DNA from: Entomortierella parvispora E1425
Lineage: Eukaryota; Fungi; Mortierellomycota
DNA length: 64,000 nucleotides
NCBI GenBank assembly: GCA_020891255.1
Contig: BQFW01000007.1
Location: forward strand, 124,001 to 188,000
Reading direction: 5' to 3'
The notes beneath the pieces were generated by a model. That model searched no databases, was not told where the DNA came from, and was given only the letters and a program-made list of their open reading frames with translations. This document shows, piece by piece, positions 50,300 to 59,999 of this stretch (its first letter is position 1; each line of letters begins with the position of its first letter). The translations under genes and the position numbers were made by a program.

Positions 50300-50560
50300 T
50301 CTTGAAATGAGTCTTAGCTATCGTTTGAAGGCTGCGACTAGTCCATAAGTTCCCTATGTTACTCAATGGAACCCATTCATCTGCTTCTTTGCTTTGACCT
50401 TTCCATGGCGATACTCTTTCACATGAATTCTTGCTCGCCGTTGATGATAGTCGAATACGTGAATACCAAGCGGATTGCAAGCAGGGATGGAAGGTATCAA
50501 TGTAGAATACGCTGAAGGTGGCTGGCTGGGTGTTCTAAAAGAAGGTCCAAGGTGCTGTGA
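50300..50560 (-). pseudogene. Possible degraded chromodomain / chromovirus integrase C-terminus
   Basis: Broken frames give ..SVFYIDTFHP.. followed by ..KEY/WKGQSKEADEWVPLSNI, which resembles a GPY/F end plus a chromodomain. Confidence 0.3.
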
Positions 50561-50632
50561 TCTCTACTTGTTCGCTGATCCGACGCTACGTGCCTCCCCT
50601 GGTGAGTCCTGAGCGCGCTTAAAGGAAAAAAA

Positions 50633-51313
50633 CAGCCTCGACAACTGGGCCACTTTTTCGAAAAAAGTGACCATCCTTCGTTGCACAGAAACGGTGGCTT
50701 CACTCAATTTTTTGGTGGCCACCACTTGGTCGCCACTCAAAATAAAGGAGTGGTGCAAAGGTGTCAACAAACCTGCAGCTCCACTCTTTTTCACTCTTTT
50801 TCACTCTTTTTCACTCTTTTTCACTCTTTTTGAGTGATTCCTGCAGGAAAATGGTGATTTGTCCCAAAAAGGATCGCATCCACCAAAAAAAAAGTGGTCG
50901 CCAGTAGTCCCACCAAAAAAAAGTGGACCTCACTTGGGAAAGGAGTGGTCGGAACATTTTGTGCGACCCAAAAGCAGAGACAAAAAGCGCGTGTGCGGTG
51001 CGGTCCAGCGTCTCTCCTCTCGAGCAGCATGCGCATGCCCATACCATGGGCCACACTAGCTTCAAGCGTGCCGTGGTCTATCTGTTCACGCCTGTTTGTC
51101 CACGGATGTTTAATTGCTTGTCTGCCCTTTTTTTTTTTTTTTGTTTCCCGTCTTTTTCCAATCCTGGCCCAAGTCGACATTCTCTCCCAGTGAAATCGTA
51201 TCATGGACGCGCAAGAGCAAGCCCTACCTCCTCAACAACCCGAGGCTGATCCTGAACTCGTTCCCCAACCTCCACAAAACTTATGGCACCCACTGGTAGC
51301 GGGACTTGAAGAC
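50633..51313 (+). repeat. hAT left long TIR, containing (CACTCTTTTT)5 and CCAC..AAAAAAGTGG palindromic motifs
   Basis: Reverse complement of 55326-56005; the same ORFs appear on opposite strands at both ends in the ORF track. Confidence 0.93.
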
Positions 51314-51640
51314 CACTTTCAATTGCCAATTGGTGAGCTCCCTCCAGTTCAAGCATGCATCGCTGCAAACAGGCTTGCCCTCGCCGCAGTTCCTATCAGA
51401 GTTGCTAGGAATCAATCGATTGACAACAATTTTTTTGCATTGGAGGACAGGGCCACTGGAGACACTGGTCCTCGCTTCTCTAAATGTCAAGTTCAGAACT
51501 GTCCTTACAGAATTCGCTCTGATTTTGGCTTGAACATTCGACTGCGTCACATCAGGAACACCCACAGAGATTTGATCGATGCAGTTGTTGCCTTCCGAAT
51601 CGCTCAAGGTGACCCAGCTTTGGATCAAACACATCTCTAA
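51203..51640 (+). CDS. Stand-alone BED zinc-finger ORF (145 aa) in the hAT element
   Basis: FSKCQVQNCPYRIRSDFGLNIRLRHIRNTH is a C-x4-C..H-x4-H BED-like finger; the ATG lies inside the left TIR. Confidence 0.62.
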   Translation: MDAQEQALPPQQPEADPELVPQPPQNLWHPLVAGLEDHFQLPIGELPPVQACIAANRLALAAVPIRVARNQSIDNNFFALEDRATGDTGPRFSKCQVQNCPYRIRSDFGLNIRLRHIRNTHRDLIDAVVAFRIAQGDPALDQTHL

Positions 51641-51911
51641 CCTGATCAATAAACCATGTGAAGCCCTTCACATTTTTTCCTCGATGTTTTTGTGGCCATG
51701 GTGTGCATGCATGCCCCAGATTAAGAAAATCGCCCAAGCTTATCGCAAGCACTGTGAACCTTCCCGTTTCCTCCATGCTGTGGGAACTCTTGACTTCTTC
51801 CAATGCTCTTGTCTTGAATTTTCCTTTCCTCTTCCTCTTTCCTTTTTTTCCTCCTTATTTTCTACCTTTTCTTTTCTCTATAACATCTATAGTACTACCA
51901 TTTCTCTCACG

Positions 51912-54900
51912 ATGGACTACGACCCATATAGTCATCATTTCAACGATGATGATGATGCTGTCCAGACAGTACAGACCGATCCTCCTCCTCCTCATCCTCC
52001 TCCTCACCCTCCTTCCAACATCGAAACTGAGGCTACCCAAGAGCCACAGACTAGTCCACGTCTCCGTCCTTATCCTCCTTCCAGCATCGATACTGAAGAT
52101 GTCCAAGAGCCACAGACTGGTCCTCGTCCTCGTCCTCATCCTCCTTCCAACATCGATAATGAGACCATCCAAGCACCCCGGACTCATCCTCCTCCTCGCC
52201 TTCATCCTCATCCTCATCCTCGTCCTCCTTCCCACACCGATAATGAGGCTGTTCAAGCACCACAGACTCGTCCTCATCCCTATCTACCTTCCCACCATCA
52301 ATATAACCCACTAGTTCCATCCCAACCTCGAGGTCCTCAGTACCCATACTCCCAACCTCATGAGCTTCACCATGCATACCATATCCCTGGACAGTATCAA
52401 TTTCCTCAATATCACTCTCAAGACCCAAATCAACCTGTCTACCACCCACCAGGCCACTTCCATCCATATTCAGATGTACCATACAGTCCTTACCCAGGGA
52501 TGCATCACACCGAATCACACCATACTATGCAGTATTCTACTCTTCCCATTCATCCACAGTATCGCCCTCCTCCCGGAATGCCCTATGAGCACTACAGAGT
52601 ACCTCCAACTATTCCAAAGAAACGTCCTGCGGATCAAATCCGTGGTCCAACTCCAGGTGCACCGAGGGCAATTGCAGATATACACCTTGGGGCTTCGTCC
52701 CGAGCCGTATCACCAACTGCCCGAGAGGCTGAAGTTGAGACAACTCCAATGGAACTTTGGAATGCTCGACAAAGGAATCTGAGTAGAACTTCATCGGTGG
52801 CGTCCATTTCACGAGAGCCATCAATGATGTCCGAAGTGGAAATGTACACTCAGGAACAAACGGGCGATAGTACATCGTCACCTGTACTCCTTCGGTCAAC
52901 CCCAGCCCTTTCCGAACCTCCACCAAATGGCGGAGGTATATCCATGACTATAGCAGACTACGAGAAAACACTGAAAGTGGGCCAGCTCCCACCATATAGT
53001 GTGTGCAAGGAGGCCAAGTCTATGCTCGCACATATACCCATAAGGCAGATCGATCTTACGATTCCAGGGGCATGGCACCGTCATTTCTTTGAGAAGGTGT
53101 CAACAACAAATCCTGCCACAATCAACCAGGTTGATCTCCAGCCCACCATCAACGCCCCAACCGTTGATCCATACACAGGGAAAAAGTTTCCTTATGTCTC
53201 TGACATTCCAAAGGCATGGTTCTTTTGCCGAGTCAAGACTAGTGAGAACCGCAGATGTCACTACCATAAGCCAGGATCTCAAGGTACAGGCATGCGTACG
53301 GCACATGTTACAAGGAACCATCCAGAAATACTCTCAGCATTGACAACATTCCGAAAAAATCAAGGATTCGAAGGTAATCTATCTCAATGAATTACTCATA
53401 GGTGTACACTATCACATTTTTAACCTATCAAACGTCAATTCATGTAGATGTGGAAGCAGGAAACGCGGAAGGGTATTCAGTATTCTATGACCAGACAATG
53501 CCAAAGTCCTCGCAGCTGACCAAGATATTGCCGAGTACTCAAGAAGCTATACAGCTATTCACTACTCACAGCGCGATTCAACAGAGACTCCCGTTCTCAG
53601 TGGTTACTGGCCCGTATGCCTCGGGCGTCGCTAGAATTCTCGGATTTTCATACCCGTCGCCTTCTCCTCAAACCGTCGGAAAGTGTGTATTCAAGCTTTA
53701 CGGAAATGCTCGCGCACGACTGGACAAAATATTTGCTGCAGGAGTCGTTCGAGGCTGCTTTACCTACGACGGTTGGAAGAGATTTGGCCGGAAATTCATC
53801 GGGATCACGTTCCATTACATCGAGAAAAAGACCTACAAACCCAAATCTCTGGCGATTGGTTTTGAGGAATACTTTGGTTCTGGGACGGCTGTTGACATCC
53901 AGGATATAGTAGGTAAGTGTGGATGGTAGCTCTGCTTGCCGTCGTCTTTGGCCCTGGCTGCAGCTTGATCTAATACAAATCACAACTTCTAGAGCGAACC
54001 CTTTTATTTTGGGGGCTAAAAGGCAAGGCCTTTTGCAGTACTACCGACTCCGCCAATGTCATGAAAGCAACAACTCGACTTTTTAATCAACGATGACGAA
54101 ACTTTTGGTCCGTGGTTTCCCTGTGCCTGTCATAAACTTCAACTGTTTATCCGCAACATCATCGAAGCAACGGGTGATATAAAGACTATTGTCCGCAAGG
54201 CTGAAGAACACAACAAGGCGTTCCTATCAAGCGGAGGATCAACTCTCCTATGCAAAGCGCGATCCGACTTAAAACAAAAGGAACTAAAGGCTCTCACATT
54301 CACTGTTACGCGATGGAACAGCAGATTCATGATGATAGAGCGCCTTCTGGAGCTACGTGAAGCAACAGACCTGGTCAAGGCGCGAGCGCAGATGCCTACT
54401 GCCACGCAAATGGAGAAGACATTTTGGCGAGAATATGGTAGTCAGCTTCTGAGTAACGAAGAGTTCGATGTTCTCAAGGAGCTTCTTACTGTCCTGCGAC
54501 CCACCGCAGAATTGACAGTAGCAATGTCCTCCAACGACCCTGTCATCACAGGCTTATACCCCAAGATCCGCAAGGTCCTGAGTTCCGACCCTCTGTTGAC
54601 GATTCCTATTGTGGAGCGGTTCCAAGAAAAGTTTGTAAGGCAGCTCGCAGGCCTCTTCTCCACAGCTGATATGGCCGATGAAGTCCTCATTGCCACATAC
54701 CTCCACCCTACCAATATTAAGAATGATGGATTTTTCACTGGATTGGAAGGAGAAAGACTGAAACAGCTTGCAGAGGACCTTATTCTTGCAACGGCTGATC
54801 CTGAAAGTCCACTGCGCACAGGAATCGACTTTGGGGATAAGTCTACTGAGGATCTCACCACGCTCCTGTCGATGGAGCTGCAGAGTTATATCGAACTTGC

Positions 54901-55216
54901 CCAATCGGAACCGTTGAAAGATTACAACAAACCTCATGAGTGGTGGGCAGTGCATGGAGGCATGTTCAAGTACCTGTCCCAGTTTGTTGTCATCTTCTTT
55001 AGTATACAAGCCTCCTCAGCGGCAAGTGAAAGGCTCTTTAGCGTCTCTGGATGCGTTCTTACAGCAAAAAGAACGCGTCTTGGTATCCTCAAGCTTAAGG
55101 CATTGGTTTTGCTGGCTACCTGGGACACCGGCTACAAGATAAAACTGGACGATTACTATAATGATGGCGATGACGATATCGACATATTCCAAAATTTGGA
55201 TAGCAACATTGGGTGA
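51912..55216 (+). CDS. hAT transposase (Pro/His-rich N-terminus, BED finger, DDE core, hAT C-terminal dimerisation region); introns 53374-53447 and 53913-53992; +1 T at 54080-54084
   Basis: BED: WFFC..RCHY..TAHVTRNH. Core: FTYDGW..FIGITFHYI (D), TTDSANVMKA (D), PCACHKLQL (CxxH), TRWNS, and WW..QASSAASERLFS (E). Confidence 0.9.
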
Positions 55217-55325
55217 GAGCTCTCAAGATATAAGACTTAGCTGAGTAAACATTAGGAGAAAAATGACGAGAAGTCCTTCCTTAACATTAGTTGAATATGT
55301 ACTGCACAGCGATGCATAAAAAATA

Positions 55326-56005
55326 GTCTTCAAGTCCCGCTACCAGTGGGTGCCATAAGTTTTGTGGAGGTTGGGGAACGAGTTCAGGATCAGCCTCGGG
55401 TTGTTGAGGAGGTAGGGCTTGCTCTTGCGCGTCCATGATACGATTTCACTGGGAGAGAATGTCGACTTGGGCCAGGATTGGAAAAAGACGGGAAACAAAA
55501 AAAAAAAAAAGGGCAGACAAGCAATTAAACATCCGTGGACAAACAGGCGTGAACAGATAGACCACGGCACGCTTGAAGCTAGTGTGGCCCATGGTATGGG
55601 CATGCGCATGCTGCTCGAGAGGAGAGACGCTGGACCGCACCGCACACGCGCTTTTTGTCTCTGCTTTTGGGTCGCACAAAATGTTCCGACCACTCCTTTC
55701 CCAAGTGAGGTCCACTTTTTTTTGGTGGGACTACTGGCGACCACTTTTTTTTTGGTGGATGCGATCCTTTTTGGGACAAATCACCATTTTCCTGCAGGAA
55801 TCACTCAAAAAGAGTGAAAAAGAGTGAAAAAGAGTGAAAAAGAGTGAAAAAGAGTGGAGCTGCAGGTTTGTTGACACCTTTGCACCACTCCTTTATTTTG
55901 AGTGGCGACCAAGTGGTGGCCACCAAAAAATTGAGTGAAGCCACCGTTTCTGTGCAACGAAGGATGGTCACTTTTTTCGAAAAAGTGGCCCAGTTGTCGA
56001 GGCTG
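55326..56005 (-). repeat. hAT right long TIR
   Basis: Inverted copy of 50633-51313. Confidence 0.93.
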
Positions 56006-56281
56006 GAAAAAAAAGAAAGAGCCGAGATGGTGGCTTGTATGTATAACACGACCTACAAAACGCCAATCCGGTGACGCCATTTCCGCGCCCGCTGTGCTGC
56101 CCCACCACAGGAAAGGCAATAGATCAGCTTCATTCACTTCGGGAGCAAAGTCCAAAGTCCAACATTGACGAGAACAGTCCACAGTCGCACCTGTCCCATT
56201 CTTGATCTCACTCCTCCTTTCCTTCCTTCCTCCCATCTCCTTTCTTCTCCCCACCTCCCCTCATTCACACCCATCGCAGCC

Positions 56282-57985
56282 ATGGCATCGCCACTAAAGA
56301 CCCCCTTGGGATTCAACCCTATCCCCGCCGCGCCTGCTCCCGTCCACGCCGAGCCCGCCCCCTCGGGCCTCGTTGACCAGGTCAAGGGTGCCTTTGCTAC
56401 CATCAACAAGTTCCGTGACAACCTCAACTTGCCCAACCCCGGTACCTACGAGGGCGTCAACCGTGAAGTCAAGCGTAAGGAATCAACACCTCGTCTTTTT
56501 GACTTCTCCTCCTTTAGAAAACAAATAACCGGATCGGGGTTCGGGTCTTGTCGAATCATTACACGGAAAGAAAAAAAAAAGACTAAAGACGGGGAGATCT
56601 AGATCACTGTGCTGGCTTGCAAAAGGATAGCGCAGACACCAGCGACCTGCACCCCCAGACTCGGTCCACCCCAACAAACCCCGCACGGATTCTATAAACA
56701 GGGATCCTTTACTTCCGACTAGTCGCACACGGGCGGGAAAGCATGGACAACCCGAATCACCTGTTGACGCTCGTACGACGTCGTTGATCCATTCGTTCAT
56801 TCATTCTTTCATGGCCTGACCCTCCCGATCAATTTTTTTGTGTGTCTTCTATAGACACTTTCTTGACCAACCATGTCTTTGATGGAGCTCGTTGCGATAT
56901 CACCAAGGTCTTGACCCCCAACTTCCAGGTTACCCACTCCTTCGCTATGGGTGCTGCCTCCTCTCCTTCTTCCTATAACTTCGGCACTGCCTTCATTGGC
57001 CAGCAGGTTCGTTTCATCCCTATGCTGCTATTTGCACACACTGCGGATATTTATTTTTCAGATGATCTAACAACGATGCACTCTTTTCTCCTGTCTTGCT
57101 CTCTTTCTCTCTCCATGGGAAATCTCGACAACAGTCTTTCTTGTCTGGAAACTTGGACACCGATGGTGGCGTCCAGGCTAGAGCCAACTATGCCTGGAGC
57201 AACACCAACGTCTCGAAGGTTCAGGCACAGGTATGAAGTCAATCACTCACCTCGCGCGACATTTATTAGCCAACCGAACGCACAAATCTCAAAATTCGGA
57301 GCAGACAGCACTGCGGGATTGTTCTGGATATTCTCCTTGCTCTTAGGGTGTGTTAACCACAGATCACTAACATTTTTTCTGTTTTCTTGGTTCTTTTCCA
57401 AATGCGTCATTGGAATCGTTCAACCAGTTCTCCAACACTCCTGGCCACTCCATGTTGCAGGTTGAGCAGGATTACAACGGCAGAGATTTCAACATTAACG
57501 TCAAGGGTGTGAACCCCTCGCCTGTCGAGGGTACCGGCATCTACATTGGATCATACTTGCAGTCTTTGACCCAGAACTTGGCTCTCGGACTTGAGGGAGT
57601 TTACCAGCGCCCCACCCCCGGCCAGAGCGAGACCACCATGTCCTATGTTGCCAAGTACACCGGAAGGGATTACATTGCTACCGCACAATGGCAGGGATTC
57701 GGTGCTCTTCAGGCTGCTTACTACCTCCGTTACTCTGAGAAGGTTGATTTCGGTACCGAGATTCAGTTGTTGACCGCTGGTGGTCGTCGGGAGGCTGTTG
57801 CCACTGTTGGAGGCAAGTTTGAGTTCCGTCGTTCGACTTTCAGAGGCCAGATCGACACCACAGGCAAGGTTTCTGCGGTGTTGGAGGAGAAGATCGTCCC
57901 CGGCTTCTCGTTCTTGGTTAGTGGAGAGATGGATCATGGCAAGGGCCAGAGCAGATTCGGTGTCGGTATGATGTGGGAGGTCTAA
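56282..57985 (+). CDS. TOM40: Mitochondrial outer-membrane translocase channel Tom40 (4 exons)
   Basis: LPNPGTYEGVNREVK|DTFLTNHVFDGARCDI..NFQVTHSF, GNLDTDG, LQVEQDY.G.DF, YLQSLT..LALG.E and a C-terminal FGVGMMWE. Confidence 0.95.
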
Positions 57986-58851
57986 AGAAAAAGAAAAAGA
58001 AACCAAAGAAAAAAAACAAATCAGGATGCTTGCGACCCTCTAGGAACGTTCTCTCTTATTATTATTTTTCATTCCTTTGAAAAGCTCGCTTGTCTGTACT
58101 GGCTGTTTTCTTCCTTTTTCTTCTTCATTTTCTTTTTTCTTGTAGTTTATTTAGAATTGTTGACAAACGGAAACACAGAAAGAAAAAAAGAATCAATTGT
58201 ATCAACTCTGTAAAACTTGCGCTATGCATCTGTGATGTTGGAGTAGTTGAAAGGGTACAGCATGCAGTTGCCATCAACCATTCACTCTCGTTGGAGGATG
58301 GAAAGAAGAGCGACTGTTCGACTGTTAGATACTCAATCCTCCTGAAAGGAAAACAACAAAATAGCGCGTTCGTGTTCCTTCCATGCAGTGGGTTGCATTT
58401 TCTTGCCTCTGCATAGAAGCGAATGAAAGAGGGTTCAGCTGTGGTCATGATCTTGTGAACACAAGGCCCCTCCTGCATTGACGAAGATCTCGCAGCTGCA
58501 CACTCGGCTGATGCTTGTAATACAGGGCGTTGAAACCAGGGTCCAACAAAACCTATCCCTCACCTGCAGGATCATGTCAAAACTTCATGACCTCCAAGGA
58601 AATTGTGAAAGGCCAAAGCTGCACATCATACATTTCTTTCAGATAGGATAACAACGAATGCCCATTATAATAACTGAAGAAGTACAATAGTGGACGGGGG
58701 GGGGGGGGGGTTGCAAGGTTCTAAAGTCTTGACTCAAAAACGCAGCTACTACAAGGAACCCAGATGGCAGCCTTGGTAGCTGTCATCACGACGTCTACGA
58801 TCCGCGGTTGAGACCGTAAACATTACGGCCTGCCGCCATCAGTCCTCACCA

Positions 58852-58983
58852 TTAATGGGGGTTGCCCGCACCACCACCGTCCAAGATGACAGAACCTTGA
58901 TCAATACCGACCTCGGCGCCTCTAGGGATAGCTGTCGAAAAGCTCAAGAGAGCGCAGAGGATAACCAGGTAGGTGAATTGCAT
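58852..58983 (-). CDS. Possible very small secreted peptide
   Basis: MQFTYLVILCALLSFSTAIP.. looks like a signal peptide; only 43 codons (or about 40 if spliced); no family recognised. Confidence 0.25.
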   Translation of the reverse strand: MQFTYLVILCALLSFSTAIPRGAEVGIDQGSVILDGGGAGNPH

Positions 58984-59999
58984 ATTTGGAAAAAAAAACA
59001 TGTGCTTGTAGAGTAGATGAGGATCATAGGGGATGAATGGTGAAAGAAGAAGCGATATTTTCAGACGCTTGTTACTTGACGACAGCAAGAGGACATCAGC
59101 TCCAACCAAGGACCAACATGGGAGTATGTGACACAAGGGCTAGGGCTAGGTCCGCAAGAACTTTAGAGGTGGGGACAGAACGTTGGGTATGGAAAAAAAA
59201 AAAAATCTCGATCACCGCATCCTCTGCTTTACCTACGCCCATACCATCGGTCCCTTCTTGACTTTGATATCGTCTTCGTCTTGAAACTCGTCTCATTGCA
59301 AATTTTCTGTAACTAATAGGCACTGAACCTGATTCAATAACCTCAGACCTTTGCTGCATGGCGTAACAATGAGGGTGGTGTACCAAACTACCTAACGTGA
59401 AATATTTGCCTGTGAGGGTGGGCGCGTTCCCGGTTGGGCTAGCAGTTGCATCATTCTCATTTTTACGGTACTGTGGTCATTACGCCCATGCCCACAAGTG
59501 TCAGCGATTCTCATGGCGCTGAATGTCGATAAGGGCTGAGATGTTCAGAAAAAAAAATGGGGCAACACAGGCCTCGGACAAGTGCAGGTGTCGATCGCCT
59601 TCCATTGCACACTAGAGTCCAGGGCATCCTTTCGCCACCGCTTATATTTTGTGCGACTGAATAGTTTTTGAAATGGAGTCGTTTTGTGACCAGGGTTTTG
59701 TTGAGGATGGAGCGTAAGCACGGCCACTCATTGAATTGAACACAACTATTTTGAAAAATATAAGCGGTTGCGAAAGGGGATGCAGCATCTTCGAAGAAAG
59801 GAGAGTTTGAAGAGTTGATGAGGGTCAGAGGGGATGAATGATATTTATACAGTTTTTCATGTGGGTGAATGAGCAGTTCGAACTTCAAAAAGAGGCTTGG
59901 GGCTGTCGCAAAAAAGAAATAGTAGGCTGATCAAGGACCAGGGTCTAGGAACTCTAGGAATAGGGATCAGAACTCGGCTTTTTTTATAAAAATCTCTTT

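Larger units (their letters stand above)
50633..56005. mobile_element. hAT-superfamily DNA transposon, 5,373 bp, with TIRs of about 680 bp and an 8-bp TSD
   Basis: Ends CAGCCTCGAC..GTCGAGGCTG; GAAAAAAA at 50625-50632 and 56006-56013; near-perfect inverted repeats at 50633-51313 and 55326-56005; internal hAT transposase. Confidence 0.93.

Noticed and set aside
50781-50832. (CACTCTTTTT)5 and its mirror at 55806-55857 as a CRISPR-like array
   Set aside because: The units are contiguous with no spacers, lie inside transposon TIRs, and the context is eukaryotic with no cas genes.
50821-51299. ORFs within the hAT TIRs (for example 50894-51193 and 55340-55744)
   Set aside because: They arise from repeat-rich terminal sequence duplicated at both ends; no protein features.
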